From Promethearchaeota archaeon (GTDB lineage Archaea > Asgardarchaeota > Lokiarchaeia > Sigyniarchaeales > SOKP01): a stretch of 64,000 nt of DNA. The notes under the pieces are model-generated. The model did not search any database. It was not told the origin of the DNA and saw only the letters and a list, made by a program, of their open reading frames with translations. Positions 42,809-53,786 of this stretch are shown piece after piece (the first letter of the stretch is position 1; each line of letters opens with the position of its first letter). Position numbers and translations under genes: made by a program. The stretch spans positions 11,016-75,015 of the forward strand of contig JAEOTZ010000056.1 in the NCBI GenBank assembly GCA_016839585.1. Reading direction: 5' to 3'.

Positions 42809-43210
42809 TTAAACAAATCTAGTTAGTTTTTGGGCGTACTCTTGCGAAATAAAAAGTGTATCCCTAGGTCCCACTTTTGGATTTATATAGCAAATTAATG
42901 CTCCTGTTCCCCCGATAGGGATGGGACAAATAATAATATGCCCTTTTCCTGTTATATTCGTTCCTATTTTTCTTTCTTCTGTGTTTTCTACGATCATATA
43001 TTTTATAGCCTGAATAGTAATATTTGTCATTCCTTTTTGACCAAGCTCTAGTTTAGTATTAAGCAACTCGTTAATCTGATCTAGATCGTTAGAAACATCC
43101 CAGTTTTCAGTTTGAGTGAGTAGAATACCATCTTTATTTAAAATTGCTATCCCAAAAATATTTTGCTCTTCATTTAATAACTCATCAATAATTACTTCTA
43201 TTTCAGACAT
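42809..43210 (-). CDS. Profilin (Loki profilin type)
   Basis: TQTENW, IQAIKYMIVENTEERKIGTNITGKGHIIICPIPIGG.GALI.Y.NP..GPRD. Closely matches my recollection of Lokiarchaeum profilins. Confidence 0.88.
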   Translation of the reverse strand: MSEIEVIIDELLNEEQNIFGIAILNKDGILLTQTENWDVSNDLDQINELLNTKLELGQKGMTNITIQAIKYMIVENTEERKIGTNITGKGHIIICPIPIGGTGALICYINPKVGPRDTLFISQEYAQKLTRFV

Positions 43211-43314
43211 TATAATTACCAAAATATTATATTATCAAATTATTATTTAATAAATAAATTATAAATTTAAATATACGTTTAAAAATAATTTCAAATTTAT
43301 GACGGTGAAATTGA

Positions 43315-43857
43315 TTGGCATTCAGAATGTGGAAAAAGGCAATACTTCTCTCTTTACGTGAAAAAAAGATATTCACAGTTTTTGCATTGATATATACTAT
43401 TTTAATATTTTTATCAAGTTTATTCATAGAATTGGGAATTGGGGGTCAATTAGGAGAATCTGCTCTATTTTTTATCTTGATCTTTTTTACTACTAGTTTA
43501 ATTCTTTCTCTACTCTATGCTTGGATTTTGGTGTCTAGAAGAAGACGAGTTTGGGCTACATTCAAATGTATTGGTTATACAAATAAAAATATAATTATAT
43601 TGGTATCAGGAATTATATTATTTACTACATTGATGGGATTTTTTATTGTAATTGAAGTTCTATTTCATTATGCTGCTATTGTCGCTTATCTAAATTCAGC
43701 AGAAATTAATTTAGATATTAAAATTTTAATAGGATTAGTCCCAGTTATTGTAACTAGTGGAATGTTCATATTTGTTCAACTAATTGCCCTTATTGTTGTT
43801 TATAGAAAAGTGTTAAAAGTAAGACCAATAATTGCATTAAAAAGAGTAGGAGGGTAA
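43315..43857 (+). CDS. FtsX-like ABC permease
   Basis: SRRRRVWATFKCIGYT (FtsX R..E.G.LKALG analog) and KVRPIIALK; 4 TM. Confidence 0.75.
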   Translation: MAFRMWKKAILLSLREKKIFTVFALIYTILIFLSSLFIELGIGGQLGESALFFILIFFTTSLILSLLYAWILVSRRRRVWATFKCIGYTNKNIIILVSGIILFTTLMGFFIVIEVLFHYAAIVAYLNSAEINLDIKILIGLVPVIVTSGMFIFVQLIALIVVYRKVLKVRPIIALKRVGG

Positions 43858-43870
43858 GGAGGAAAAAGAA

Positions 43871-44563
43871 ATGGTATTTGCAAAAGATATTATGATTGAG
43901 GCAATTGATATAAATAAGGAATATAGACGGGCAGGAGCCATTATCAGAGCATTAGTAGATATAAATTTAAGAGTAAAGTCTGGGGAGTTTGTAATAGTAC
44001 AAGGACCAACCGGGTGTGGAAAAAGTACTCTCCTTAATGTATTATCAGGTTTAGATTTGCCAGATTCGGGTAGAGTTATTTTTGATGGGGAAAATATAGC
44101 ACGAGCAACAGAAGATAGATTAAGTAAAATTCGGCGTCAAAAAATTGGTTTTGTATTCCAAGATTATAACCTTGTTAATTCATTAACAGCAATCGAAAAT
44201 ATAGAAGCATTATTATGGCCGACAGTCTTAAGTAATAAAGAAATAGAAAATAGATCAATTGCAGCATTAAGAGATGTTAATCTTCTTGAACGTAAAGACC
44301 ACCATCCTGTTCAACTAAGTGGTGGTGAAAAACAAAGGGTTGGATTAGCGAGGGCAATTATTCATAGACCTAGGGTTATCTTAGCAGATGAACCAACTGG
44401 AAATTTAGATCCTGAATCAGAAACACATGTAATGGAGTTATTAAAGAAAATTAATAAGGACACAGAAACAACAGTTATAGTAGTTACTCATCGTACGCAC
44501 TTGAATAAATATGCTGATAAAATTATTAAAATGGATAAGGGAAGAATTATTAAAATTGAATAA
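43871..44563 (+). CDS. ABC ATPase, LolD/MacB-like
   Basis: GPTGCGKSTLL, IGFVFQDYNL, LSGGEKQRV, ADEPTGNLD, VTH. Confidence 0.92.
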   Translation: MVFAKDIMIEAIDINKEYRRAGAIIRALVDINLRVKSGEFVIVQGPTGCGKSTLLNVLSGLDLPDSGRVIFDGENIARATEDRLSKIRRQKIGFVFQDYNLVNSLTAIENIEALLWPTVLSNKEIENRSIAALRDVNLLERKDHHPVQLSGGEKQRVGLARAIIHRPRVILADEPTGNLDPESETHVMELLKKINKDTETTVIVVTHRTHLNKYADKIIKMDKGRIIKIE

Positions 44564-44787
44564 TATCTAATTCTGTTTTATTATCATTTTTTTTGCTTGA
44601 ATTTCTCAATCTATATATTTATCTATCAAATTTTTATAATCTGAAAATAGATAAAGATTTTTTTCTTAAATTATTGTATGTTCAATAAGATAGATGGATT
44701 TTCAAAACAAAAATATAAATATATTAAGAGTTTTTGAAATACTATTAACTAAACTAAAATCAAAGTTTAAATTAAAAATTAGGTAGG

Positions 44788-45555
44788 GTGTTAAAAATCG
44801 GAAAAAAGCGTGTGATTCTATCAGGTTGTGCTGGAATGTGTTGTCTATTACCAATGGCATATATAAGTTTTCGGTTTCTAAATTTGACAGAAGGAGTTAC
44901 TGGTGGATTATTGGAGAATTTTGAGGATGCTTTGGGTACATTGACGGGACTTATAGGTTTTGGTGGACCTTTTTTAGAAATTGTAGCTGGAGGTTTTATT
45001 GGAATGGCTATGATTTTTTTATTTCCTATTCATTGGTGTATATATTACCGCCCTGAAGATGTAGGGTTAATTATTGCGGTTACTGTTCCTTGGATTTTAT
45101 CTTGTGCCATCACGAGTGGCTTATTTGCCCATTCTCCTCGAGGTGGTATTAACACTAGTCTTGCTATTGGTTTTGGATATATGATTCCACTATCGATTAT
45201 TTATCTAGTATTAGCTGTTGCATTTCCAATAGGTTCAGCAGTTTTAGATGGGTTATTATTGGGATTGGCAGACTTACCATTTTTACTTGCTATACTTACG
45301 TCAATCTTTGAGGGCTGTTTGGTGGGGGCTGTTTTTGGAGCATTTATTGGTAGTTTGAAATATAAACCCGGGAAAGCAAAACCAAAGGTTAAAAAAGTTA
45401 GAGACAAAGAAGCCGAAATTTCAGAACCTACTTTTGAAAAATTAGGAAAAGTAGAAGAGGCAGAAACTATTTCACCTTTTTGTACGAACTGCGGAGCTAA
45501 ACTTGCTCCAGACGATGATTTTTGCACTAATTGTGGAAAAAAATCTAAAAAATAA
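44788..45555 (+). CDS. Membrane protein with C-terminal zinc ribbon
   Basis: TM helices followed by FCTNCG...FCTNCG. Confidence 0.75.
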   Translation: MLKIGKKRVILSGCAGMCCLLPMAYISFRFLNLTEGVTGGLLENFEDALGTLTGLIGFGGPFLEIVAGGFIGMAMIFLFPIHWCIYYRPEDVGLIIAVTVPWILSCAITSGLFAHSPRGGINTSLAIGFGYMIPLSIIYLVLAVAFPIGSAVLDGLLLGLADLPFLLAILTSIFEGCLVGAVFGAFIGSLKYKPGKAKPKVKKVRDKEAEISEPTFEKLGKVEEAETISPFCTNCGAKLAPDDDFCTNCGKKSKK

Positions 45556-45714
45556 TTTTTTTTAAATTACTTAATCTATTTTTATCCACCTATTTTATTT
45601 ATTATTAGATTTGATTTCCATAAATTAGATACTTATATTTTAATTCCAAGAAAAATATTATATTAAGTTATACCATTATATTAATAATGAAAATTCAAAC
45701 AATAAGATGATATT

Positions 45715-46746
45715 ATGCCGAAAGAGGTAAAAGGGGTATTATTTAGCCGTTTGGTTGTTTTAATTTCTATTGTTCTTATCCCTATAATCACATTTTTAAT
45801 CTATAATTTTGCTGGTTTTGAATTATGGTTTTCAAATGATCCAGATTTGGAGTTTTTGATTATTAACCTTTTATGTCCCTTAGTTTTTAGTATTTCATGG
45901 TTATTTTTCATAATTTTATTTGCTAACCGTTTTGCTGAAACTATCGATTCTACAGATAGAGTGGTGGGGGTAATTCCCTTAAGATTGAAATTGTTTTATG
46001 GTATAAATGCCGTTTATATACTTCTTATTTTTGTATTTCCGTTAATCACACCTGTTGTTTCAGTTTTAACCTTTGCTTCCTTTGGGTGGCAATTAACAAC
46101 CTTTAGAAAAGAACGATGGGAGGAGGACACGAAAGTTTCTTTATTAACTAAAATTATTATGATTATAGCTTCAATCATCCCTGTCTTCTGTGGAATCGTT
46201 ATTATTCCAGAATATATTAAGTTATCAATATTTTTATTATGGGATATTTGGATTCCATTACTTGATCCGATTTACATAATCTCATATTGTTTATGTACAG
46301 CTCTAGCAATTGGATCATTATTTATCTTATTTGCTAATTCAGGCATAAGTGAATATGAGCAAATATTTGTAGATACTTCAAAAACAAAAAAAATGATACA
46401 GATTAAAATTTTGGAAGTAGCTTTATTCGTTTTCTTCTTATTTTTGGCTTTTTATGAATTTGCTGTGATAGATCTATTCTATAATGCTGGATTTATAATT
46501 GTTCTTATAGTCTCAATAGTCAACTATTTTAGTGGGAAACAGAAAACAAGTAAATTTCGAGGTCATGTGATGGGATATATTCTAGCTGCAATTTTTATGG
46601 GCTCCAATTTAATATTCATTTCGGATACAGCATTCTCAGATTTTATGAAAGTCTCGAGTCTTATCATCTCTGGAATATTGTTTATTTTAGTATTTTTATA
46701 TACATTCATTCACCTAGAGGAACCTGAACTAAAATATAATCACTAA
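45715..46746 (+). CDS. Hypothetical polytopic membrane protein
   Basis: 343 aa with about 9-10 hydrophobic segments. Confidence 0.7.
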   Translation: MPKEVKGVLFSRLVVLISIVLIPIITFLIYNFAGFELWFSNDPDLEFLIINLLCPLVFSISWLFFIILFANRFAETIDSTDRVVGVIPLRLKLFYGINAVYILLIFVFPLITPVVSVLTFASFGWQLTTFRKERWEEDTKVSLLTKIIMIIASIIPVFCGIVIIPEYIKLSIFLLWDIWIPLLDPIYIISYCLCTALAIGSLFILFANSGISEYEQIFVDTSKTKKMIQIKILEVALFVFFLFLAFYEFAVIDLFYNAGFIIVLIVSIVNYFSGKQKTSKFRGHVMGYILAAIFMGSNLIFISDTAFSDFMKVSSLIISGILFILVFLYTFIHLEEPELKYNH

Positions 46747-47058
46747 TTTTTTTTTATTTTTAATTTTAAGTTAATCCTGATATATTCATGTTAAAAATTA
46801 AGCTGATTTCCTGAATATATTAAATTAGATTAAAAAAATATCATTTTAAAATAAGCGAGATTAATAAAAATATTTATTCTATTAAATTTCGCCTCAATCG
46901 ATAAGAATTTGTTGATTAAATATTTTACTTTAATATGAGTTAAATTATCCTAAAATTTTCTACTATATTAGAATATAAATTATTAAAAAGCTAAATTTTA
47001 TTTATAATTTTAAGATTAAAATTAAAATTTATTTAAAAAAAATAAGGGTTAGAAAAAA

Positions 47059-49116
47059 ATGAAAATAATAAATGCTAAATCCTTAATGGTTCTTTCTTTG
47101 TTTCTTACCTCGATGATAGCAATGCCAGTTATGGTATCTGCTGACGATGATAACAAGTTTGATTTTGATCAGTGGGGAGGTAATGAGGATTTTTTTAATA
47201 GTTTTCAGGGAGGTTTTGGAAGTATGTTAGGAGGATTAGGTTATGCTGGAAATCTATTAGGACATGTGTTCCTGATGTTGTTTCATCAAGCATATGAGAA
47301 TTTTTCTGCCAGTGAGATGATGTCAGGGGTCTATGTATTAAGTGCATTTAATGAAACTTCAACCCCAGTAAGAATTAATGATTTTGGACCTGTTGGCGAA
47401 ACGGAGATCCATCTTTTACCAGAACATTATGCTAATCATTCAGGCATTTCTGGAACAGCTTACTGCGTAGTAAATAAGAGTGGTTCATATGAATATAGTA
47501 TGACTGTGGGAGCAGGAGTCACACTAATAATTTGGGATAACGACCATTCATTCATAAATGCTGTCAAAAAATTATTTAATTTCTTTAAAACATTAGAAGA
47601 GAGCGATTTAGATGGAGAAGAAATTCCTGAGGATCTTATTAGAGAAGGAGTAGAACTAATTGTTTGGTTTTTAATCCATATAAATGACATTTTCACTGGT
47701 GATGAACTTTTTATATTGAATCCCATTACCTGGCAGAAATTAGAAATTACTCCAATAAATTTTCAAATAACAAAAACATGGTACCATTCAGGTAATACAA
47801 TAATTGGAGACGGTGATGATGTTGAGCTTGAAGTAGCCTATCCATCAATACTAAGTCCTTTGAATATGGAAGCCGATGCCAGAAAAGATATTTATATGCA
47901 ATGGTTATTGAGAGATACAGAAATTATAAATTCCGGTAAAAAATTATACTGGACAGCATTTACCTTCGATTTAATTGAATTTTGGATGAAAAATTTTGAA
48001 ATTCATATTGATATAGCAGAACTTATTGACATTGGAAGTGGAGAGGGGGGAGATCCTGCGAAAGCGTTTCAGGGATGTGATATTGAATTTTACCTATTTT
48101 CCCATCATTTAGCTGGTGCTTTCCTCTATAATGATTTAAATTTTGATCGTGAACTTACTGTGAACTATACAGATACAACAGTAACAATTGACGGTGAGGA
48201 TAAAGATATATCATATCCAGTGAGTTCTGAACTTACTCATAGAATAGTTTTAAGAAGTGTAGACAAGTACAATTTTACACTTCCAACTAAGAATGATGAT
48301 AATACTATTTCATGGGGATTACGATTACAAGATGTTAATATCTCTGCTGTTCCTGTTGGGATTGATTTAGATTCCTATCTAGCCGCACCTCAAGAAAATC
48401 TAGATTATATGCAATTTGGATTTACTTTTGATCCAGAAAAGAATGTAGAAGGGGCAGATGCCGTAGGGAAAATAAAACTAGACCAAAACTTTACTCCATG
48501 GAATAATAATACTGATCCCTACGCAAATGCTGATATTATAGATTTGGATATGGCAATAATTTATGTGTCAACTATATTACATTTCCACTTAAATGTAGCA
48601 ACTTCTGGCGACGTTACGCCTCCTGATGCAAACTTAGATGATTTTTATGATGATGATCCTAATGATGACGATTATGTTAAAGAGACTCATGAATTAAAGG
48701 TTGGAAATTACCTTGGCGGCTCAGAGCCACTAGATTTCGTTGATATTGCAGGACCCTATTATGATTATGGTAATGTAACCCTCCCTAGACGTGATAATGC
48801 AAGTACTTCTATCATCCCTCTTGCTGTATGGACTGGTGAAATGGAAAGACATGATACATTTGTACCACCAAGTGAAACAGATGTAAAACCTTTTGCCACT
48901 GATATTAGGGTTAATATAAGTTTCACTGTAGTAGCTTACGCCGTTTGTTATCCTGAATTTGAGGATGGTACTGGCATCTGGCATGATCCAACCTTCAGTG
49001 TTTTTATGACTTTTCAAACCCCAGAGTTCTGGGCATTAATAGTATTGATTGCTGGCATTGGATTAGTCGGTGTTGCTACTATCCTAATAAAAAGAAGAAA
49101 GGACATGAGAGTCTAA
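47059..49116 (+). CDS. Large acidic secreted, C-terminally anchored surface protein
   Basis: Signal peptide, many N-x-S/T sequons, IWHDPTF before a C-terminal TM and KRRK tail. Confidence 0.75.
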   Translation: MKIINAKSLMVLSLFLTSMIAMPVMVSADDDNKFDFDQWGGNEDFFNSFQGGFGSMLGGLGYAGNLLGHVFLMLFHQAYENFSASEMMSGVYVLSAFNETSTPVRINDFGPVGETEIHLLPEHYANHSGISGTAYCVVNKSGSYEYSMTVGAGVTLIIWDNDHSFINAVKKLFNFFKTLEESDLDGEEIPEDLIREGVELIVWFLIHINDIFTGDELFILNPITWQKLEITPINFQITKTWYHSGNTIIGDGDDVELEVAYPSILSPLNMEADARKDIYMQWLLRDTEIINSGKKLYWTAFTFDLIEFWMKNFEIHIDIAELIDIGSGEGGDPAKAFQGCDIEFYLFSHHLAGAFLYNDLNFDRELTVNYTDTTVTIDGEDKDISYPVSSELTHRIVLRSVDKYNFTLPTKNDDNTISWGLRLQDVNISAVPVGIDLDSYLAAPQENLDYMQFGFTFDPEKNVEGADAVGKIKLDQNFTPWNNNTDPYANADIIDLDMAIIYVSTILHFHLNVATSGDVTPPDANLDDFYDDDPNDDDYVKETHELKVGNYLGGSEPLDFVDIAGPYYDYGNVTLPRRDNASTSIIPLAVWTGEMERHDTFVPPSETDVKPFATDIRVNISFTVVAYAVCYPEFEDGTGIWHDPTFSVFMTFQTPEFWALIVLIAGIGLVGVATILIKRRKDMRV

Positions 49117-49252
49117 AAAATATTTTTTTAATATATTTTATTTTTTTTTTATTTTTATTTTCTTGAAACTTTATCCTACAAAGTTTTAAATTTTGATATA
49201 TCTAAATGATATAAAGAGAAAAAAATTTTACAAGTATCAGTGAGAAGAAGAA

Positions 49253-51043
49253 ATGCCAATTAAGTTAGATGATACTTATCAAGTAGATGAAAATAAACAA
49301 TGGTTTAAGAAATGGTGGCCTGAGGGAGTCCCTTTTAATACTACATTTGAAGAAAAAACTACAAATGAATTTTTAGACAAACAAGTGGTGAAGCATTCTA
49401 ATGAAAATTTAATTTGGTTTTTAGATACATGGATTTCTTATAAACAATTTCAAGAGTATGTAAAATCATTCGCTACCGCATTAGCTAATTTGGGTATTAA
49501 AAAAGGGGATGTTGTAGCAATACACTTACCTAACTGTCCTCAATACATAGTAGGGTATTATGCTATTACTAGAATAGGAGCTATTGCTAGTGGAATTAAT
49601 CCCACTTACCAACCTATGGAAATATTACATCAGCTTGACATTATTAAGCCTAAACTTTTAATTGTATTAGATGCTTTATATAAAACTTACATAAAACCTA
49701 TAGTTGAGGAATCAAGTTTGGAAATAATTGTTTATACTAATCTAGCAGATCTTACGGATATAATTAGTGTAAAAAAGATAGTTGGCAAATTTGTAAAGAA
49801 GATTCCTACAGGGAAAGTTGATTATCCTAATGCATATAGATTTAAAGATCTTTTAAAAACTAAGTCAAATGTTCCAGAAATTAAGATTAATGTTAAGACC
49901 CATCCTGCAACTTATATAATGACCGGTGGAACCACAGGTTTGCCAAAAGCAGCAGTTTTAACGCATTTTAATGTAGTATCAAATGCTAATCAATGTAAAT
50001 TATGGTTAGGTGGAGAAAGACCATGTATAGGAAATATTGGAATACTTCCATTATTTCACAGTTTTGCTCATACAGTAGTTATGAATACAACTATAGCAGT
50101 TGGAGGTTGGATCATGCTCTTTCCAAGTCCTCCTTCACAAACAGAATTATGTGAAGAAATCGAAAAATTACCATGTACAGAAGGTTTAATTTATGCGGGT
50201 ACTGAAATGTTATTTAAAAGGCTAGCCGAACTTAAAAGGTTAAAAAAAAGATACCCGGGAGTTATGGGAAAATTAATATTATGTGTTTCAAGTGCCGGTC
50301 CATTGCATAAAGCGGTACATGATGCTTTTATTGAAAACACAGGTGGTAGAATTGTTGAAGGTTATGGACTATCAGAGGCTAGTCCTGCAGTAAGCGCTGG
50401 TAATTTATTTGGTGAAAGTCCAATTGGCAGCATAGGTATGCCATTCCCAGGAACAGAATGGGGTATCTGGCCTACGGAAGATTTCAATTCAGGTCCTATA
50501 TGTGTAGGAAATACAGATGAAAAAAATTTTGGTATTGAACATTCAGGAGAAATTTGTGTCGCAGGTCCTCAAGTTATGTTAGAGTATTTAAACGAACCAG
50601 ATGAGACTGCTGAAGCAATTTTAGAATACAAAGGTAAATTATGGTTATTAACAGGAGATATTGGTTTTATGAATGAAGATGGTACAATAGTAATTAGAGA
50701 TCGAAAGAAACAGCTTATTAAACATAAGGGTTATTCTGTATTTCCTAAAGAAGTAGAAGAACTCCTAATGAAACATCCAGATATTACAGAAGCTGCTGTA
50801 GCAGGACTGCCCCATGAAGAATATGGAGAAGTTATAAAAGCATGGGTTTCAATAAAAGAAGATTGTCATTTATCACCTCAGATAATAAAAGAATGGGCTA
50901 CTGAAAATATGACACTTTATAAAGTCCCTTATTCTATTGCTATTGTTGGAGAATTACCAAAAAACGTCATAGGAAAGGTTCAGCGTAGAGCACTACAAAT
51001 TAAAGATCCGTTATACATTGAAAAATATGGAAATTCTCAATGA
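49253..51043 (+). CDS. Long-chain acyl-CoA synthetase (AMP-binding)
   Basis: MTGGTTGLPKAA, EGYGLSE, TGDIG, DRKKQLI, LPKNVIGKV. Confidence 0.92.
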   Translation: MPIKLDDTYQVDENKQWFKKWWPEGVPFNTTFEEKTTNEFLDKQVVKHSNENLIWFLDTWISYKQFQEYVKSFATALANLGIKKGDVVAIHLPNCPQYIVGYYAITRIGAIASGINPTYQPMEILHQLDIIKPKLLIVLDALYKTYIKPIVEESSLEIIVYTNLADLTDIISVKKIVGKFVKKIPTGKVDYPNAYRFKDLLKTKSNVPEIKINVKTHPATYIMTGGTTGLPKAAVLTHFNVVSNANQCKLWLGGERPCIGNIGILPLFHSFAHTVVMNTTIAVGGWIMLFPSPPSQTELCEEIEKLPCTEGLIYAGTEMLFKRLAELKRLKKRYPGVMGKLILCVSSAGPLHKAVHDAFIENTGGRIVEGYGLSEASPAVSAGNLFGESPIGSIGMPFPGTEWGIWPTEDFNSGPICVGNTDEKNFGIEHSGEICVAGPQVMLEYLNEPDETAEAILEYKGKLWLLTGDIGFMNEDGTIVIRDRKKQLIKHKGYSVFPKEVEELLMKHPDITEAAVAGLPHEEYGEVIKAWVSIKEDCHLSPQIIKEWATENMTLYKVPYSIAIVGELPKNVIGKVQRRALQIKDPLYIEKYGNSQ

Positions 51044-51177
51044 GGTTTTATTAAAAACAAGCATTATAATGAACAACCCCAAAAACATTATTTTTTTTTT
51101 TATTTTTCAAGATATCTTAAAATATCAAAAAATAATAAATAATTTTAAAAATAATATAAAGATAAAGAAGTGCATAG

Positions 51178-51209
51178 ATTCTAGTGTATAATTTCTAGTA
51201 CACTAGAAT
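51178..51209. promoter_or_regulatory. Perfect 11-bp inverted repeat (putative operator)
   Basis: ATTCTAGTGTA-N10-TACACTAGAAT, about 70 bp upstream of a wHTH gene. Confidence 0.55.
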
Positions 51210-51278
51210 AGTAATTAATAAAAATATAAGTTTTTTTTAATAAAATAAGAAATAAATAAAACTTAGAGAGACAATATT

Positions 51279-52205
51279 TTGTCAGAAAAACCAGAAATAG
51301 AAAAACTTGAAATAGAGGCTGCGAAACTAGAAGGAGTAAAAGTAAAAGATAACGAGCTTTTATTAGTTGATGAATTTGTTCAAGATTATGCTCCAGAAAT
51401 TGCTCACATTTATGATTTTAGAGAGGATGAATCAGAAGAACAACAAATTAAAACAGGACGACTTCATGAAAACCGTATCTTAGGTATTATCTTAAAATTT
51501 TACCTAGCAGGTAAAAAGAAAATTACTACAACTGAAGTTGAGCAAGAGTATAAAAGATATTATAAAGAAATTGCTCGTTCTACAATTTCGACTTACTTAA
51601 ATATGCTAAAAAAAGAATCCACATTATATAAAGAAAGAGATGGTAGAGTAGTTTATTACATTTTTTATGAAGATCCTCCAAAAAATATTAAGCCATTTTG
51701 GTTTACTAGAATTTTTTGTATTGTTCCAGCTTACTTTGATAGAGCAATATATTTTTCGAAATTTTATCTAGAGTCTGAATTATATACTCAAGAATACATT
51801 AAACGAACCAGCAATGGAAATAAACAACTATTAAACAAGAATTTCAAATTTCTGACTGGTTTAATTGTTTTAAATATTTTAAAAAATAGAAGTTCAAAAT
51901 GTGTACTTTGTCAATTTAGTAAACGAGAAATTTATAATACTTTACAGGAGGTAATATCGGTTGCAATTAAAGACCGATCTGATGTTTTACCTGAAGAATT
52001 GTTAGATATTCTAATCCATGAGTATTCAGAAATCCCTATATTTAATGGGATCAATATTGAATGTCAAGAAACAGAAAAACTAATACTTGAAAAGATCTTT
52101 AAATTTGCTGACAATTATAAAAAAGATTTAGAATTTCAGATAATGGTTTCAAGTAGAAGACAAGATATAAGATTACAACAAAAAGAAATTATGGAACAAG
52201 AATAA
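51279..52205 (+). CDS. Winged-helix DNA-binding protein
   Basis: ITTTEVEQEY....EIARSTISTYLNMLKKE...KERDGRVVYY; also a CVLC motif. Confidence 0.7.
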   Translation: MSEKPEIEKLEIEAAKLEGVKVKDNELLLVDEFVQDYAPEIAHIYDFREDESEEQQIKTGRLHENRILGIILKFYLAGKKKITTTEVEQEYKRYYKEIARSTISTYLNMLKKESTLYKERDGRVVYYIFYEDPPKNIKPFWFTRIFCIVPAYFDRAIYFSKFYLESELYTQEYIKRTSNGNKQLLNKNFKFLTGLIVLNILKNRSSKCVLCQFSKREIYNTLQEVISVAIKDRSDVLPEELLDILIHEYSEIPIFNGINIECQETEKLILEKIFKFADNYKKDLEFQIMVSSRRQDIRLQQKEIMEQE

Positions 52206-52279
52206 ATACAATCCATAAGATAAATTATAATTTATTTCCTTACTTATAAAATAAGATTTTAAGTGTTCTTTGATAAACA

Positions 52280-52810
52280 CTAAAGCAGATTAGATTTTTG
52301 CATCATTAAACTTGTTAGTGCTTGAAATGTTTCTTCAACATTTTCTCCTGTTTTAGAACTACACTCTATAAAACCGTCTACTCCTCTTGATTTTGAAATA
52401 TTAATTCCTTCCTCTCCAGAGATTTCACGATCATCAATTAAATCTGCCTTCCCGCCAACTACAATAACAGGAAATTGATCTTCTGATCTAATTTCTTTTT
52501 TAACAACTAATAACCAATCATCTATGTGAGCCAAACTCGAGTAATTTGTGACATCGTACATGAAGAGCGCCCCATTTGCACCCCTAACATATGTTGGCAA
52601 CAGGAATCTAAACCTTTCTTCTCCTCCAAAATCCCAGATCTGAAGTTTCACTTTCTTTTCATTAATTTCCAAACTTTTTACTTCAAAATCCACTCCTATT
52701 GTCATCTTAGAATCTGATTTAAACAAATTAGTAAGGAACCTTTGGGTTAAAGTAGTTTTTCCGGTTCCAGCATCACCGAATATGACAACTTTATATGTTG
52801 CGTCGTACAT
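52280..52810 (-). CDS. Rab-like small GTPase
   Basis: G1 GDAGTGKT, G2 TIGVDF, G3 WDFGGEERF, G4 GKAD, G5 SSKTG. No C-terminal prenylation Cys. Confidence 0.92.
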   Translation of the reverse strand: MYDATYKVVIFGDAGTGKTTLTQRFLTNLFKSDSKMTIGVDFEVKSLEINEKKVKLQIWDFGGEERFRFLLPTYVRGANGALFMYDVTNYSSLAHIDDWLLVVKKEIRSEDQFPVIVVGGKADLIDDREISGEEGINISKSRGVDGFIECSSKTGENVEETFQALTSLMMQKSNLL

Positions 52811-53283
52811 TAACTTTCTCTTCCGAATCTTTATTTTGGTTAAATTTTTATAATTGAGGGAGGTATTTTTTATCTTTTTTAATTATATAGATATTTTACA
52901 TTTAAATTTTATTTTTAAGGATTAATGTTTTAATAGATGGTTATTCTTTTAAGATTTCTATGTTTAATATGTAATTCATATATATAAATGTTTTAAAGCA
53001 TTATAAATAAAATATCGAATTATAATTTATAATTTTAATGTAATAATTTTAAAACTTATGTCGTAAGTAATACTTATTTCCTATTTTCAATTTATTATAT
53101 AAGTTAATAATTCTGTTTTTTCTATAATTTGTATAAATTTTGGTCATGAAAATATGGTAAGAAAAGTAGATTGGATAAAATATTTCAAAATCGATCTGGA
53201 AGAAAACAAAAAATTCATTAATTTACTTGGAGCTAAAAAGGTATATGCTATGGGCCTGATGCCAATCCGAGGTCCAATGAGTT

Positions 53284-53679
53284 TCAGGAAGTTAGAGTTT
53301 TAGTTTTCATTGAAACTGTAACTGCAGCATTACATACAATAATATTATCTGATGTATCACCTAATTCCTTAATCATGATTCCTTGAGCAATTAAACCACC
53401 TTTCACAACTTCAATTGATTTTTCACCAAATGGAATGGCCTTTAAAACTTTCTTTTTATCGATATTATCCGGATATGGAGCACCAATCTTTACATGAACC
53501 TTCATTTTCAATAAATCTTTTGGCTCTTTTAATCCGCAAATTTCACTTAATCCTGTTAGACAATTATTAGAAATTGCATTCTTGACTGCTTTTACAGCAG
53601 CATTAGTGCAATCATCATTATGTCCGTGCTGGTCTACACCACTACCAAGCTGCAAAATAAACCTATTCTCACTGGGCAA
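53284..53679 (-). CDS. Lin0512-family protein
   Basis: RFILQLGSGVDQHG..DCTNAAVKAV.NAI, PFG, GGL, AAVTV. Confidence 0.8.
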   Translation of the reverse strand: MPSENRFILQLGSGVDQHGHNDDCTNAAVKAVKNAISNNCLTGLSEICGLKEPKDLLKMKVHVKIGAPYPDNIDKKKVLKAIPFGEKSIEVVKGGLIAQGIMIKELGDTSDNIIVCNAAVTVSMKTKTLTS

Positions 53680-53786
53680 ATTTGCATCACTCCTAACAGA
53701 TAATCTATAATTAAATAATTATATAATAAGAAAGATCAAATAATATTATTAATAAAATATAATGAAAAATCAAAAGAAATTGGTAG

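Noticed and set aside
53154-53303. 49-codon + strand ORF MVRKVDWIKYFKIDLEENKKF...
   Set aside because: Short, overlaps the Lin0512 gene end, and has no motif or SD support.
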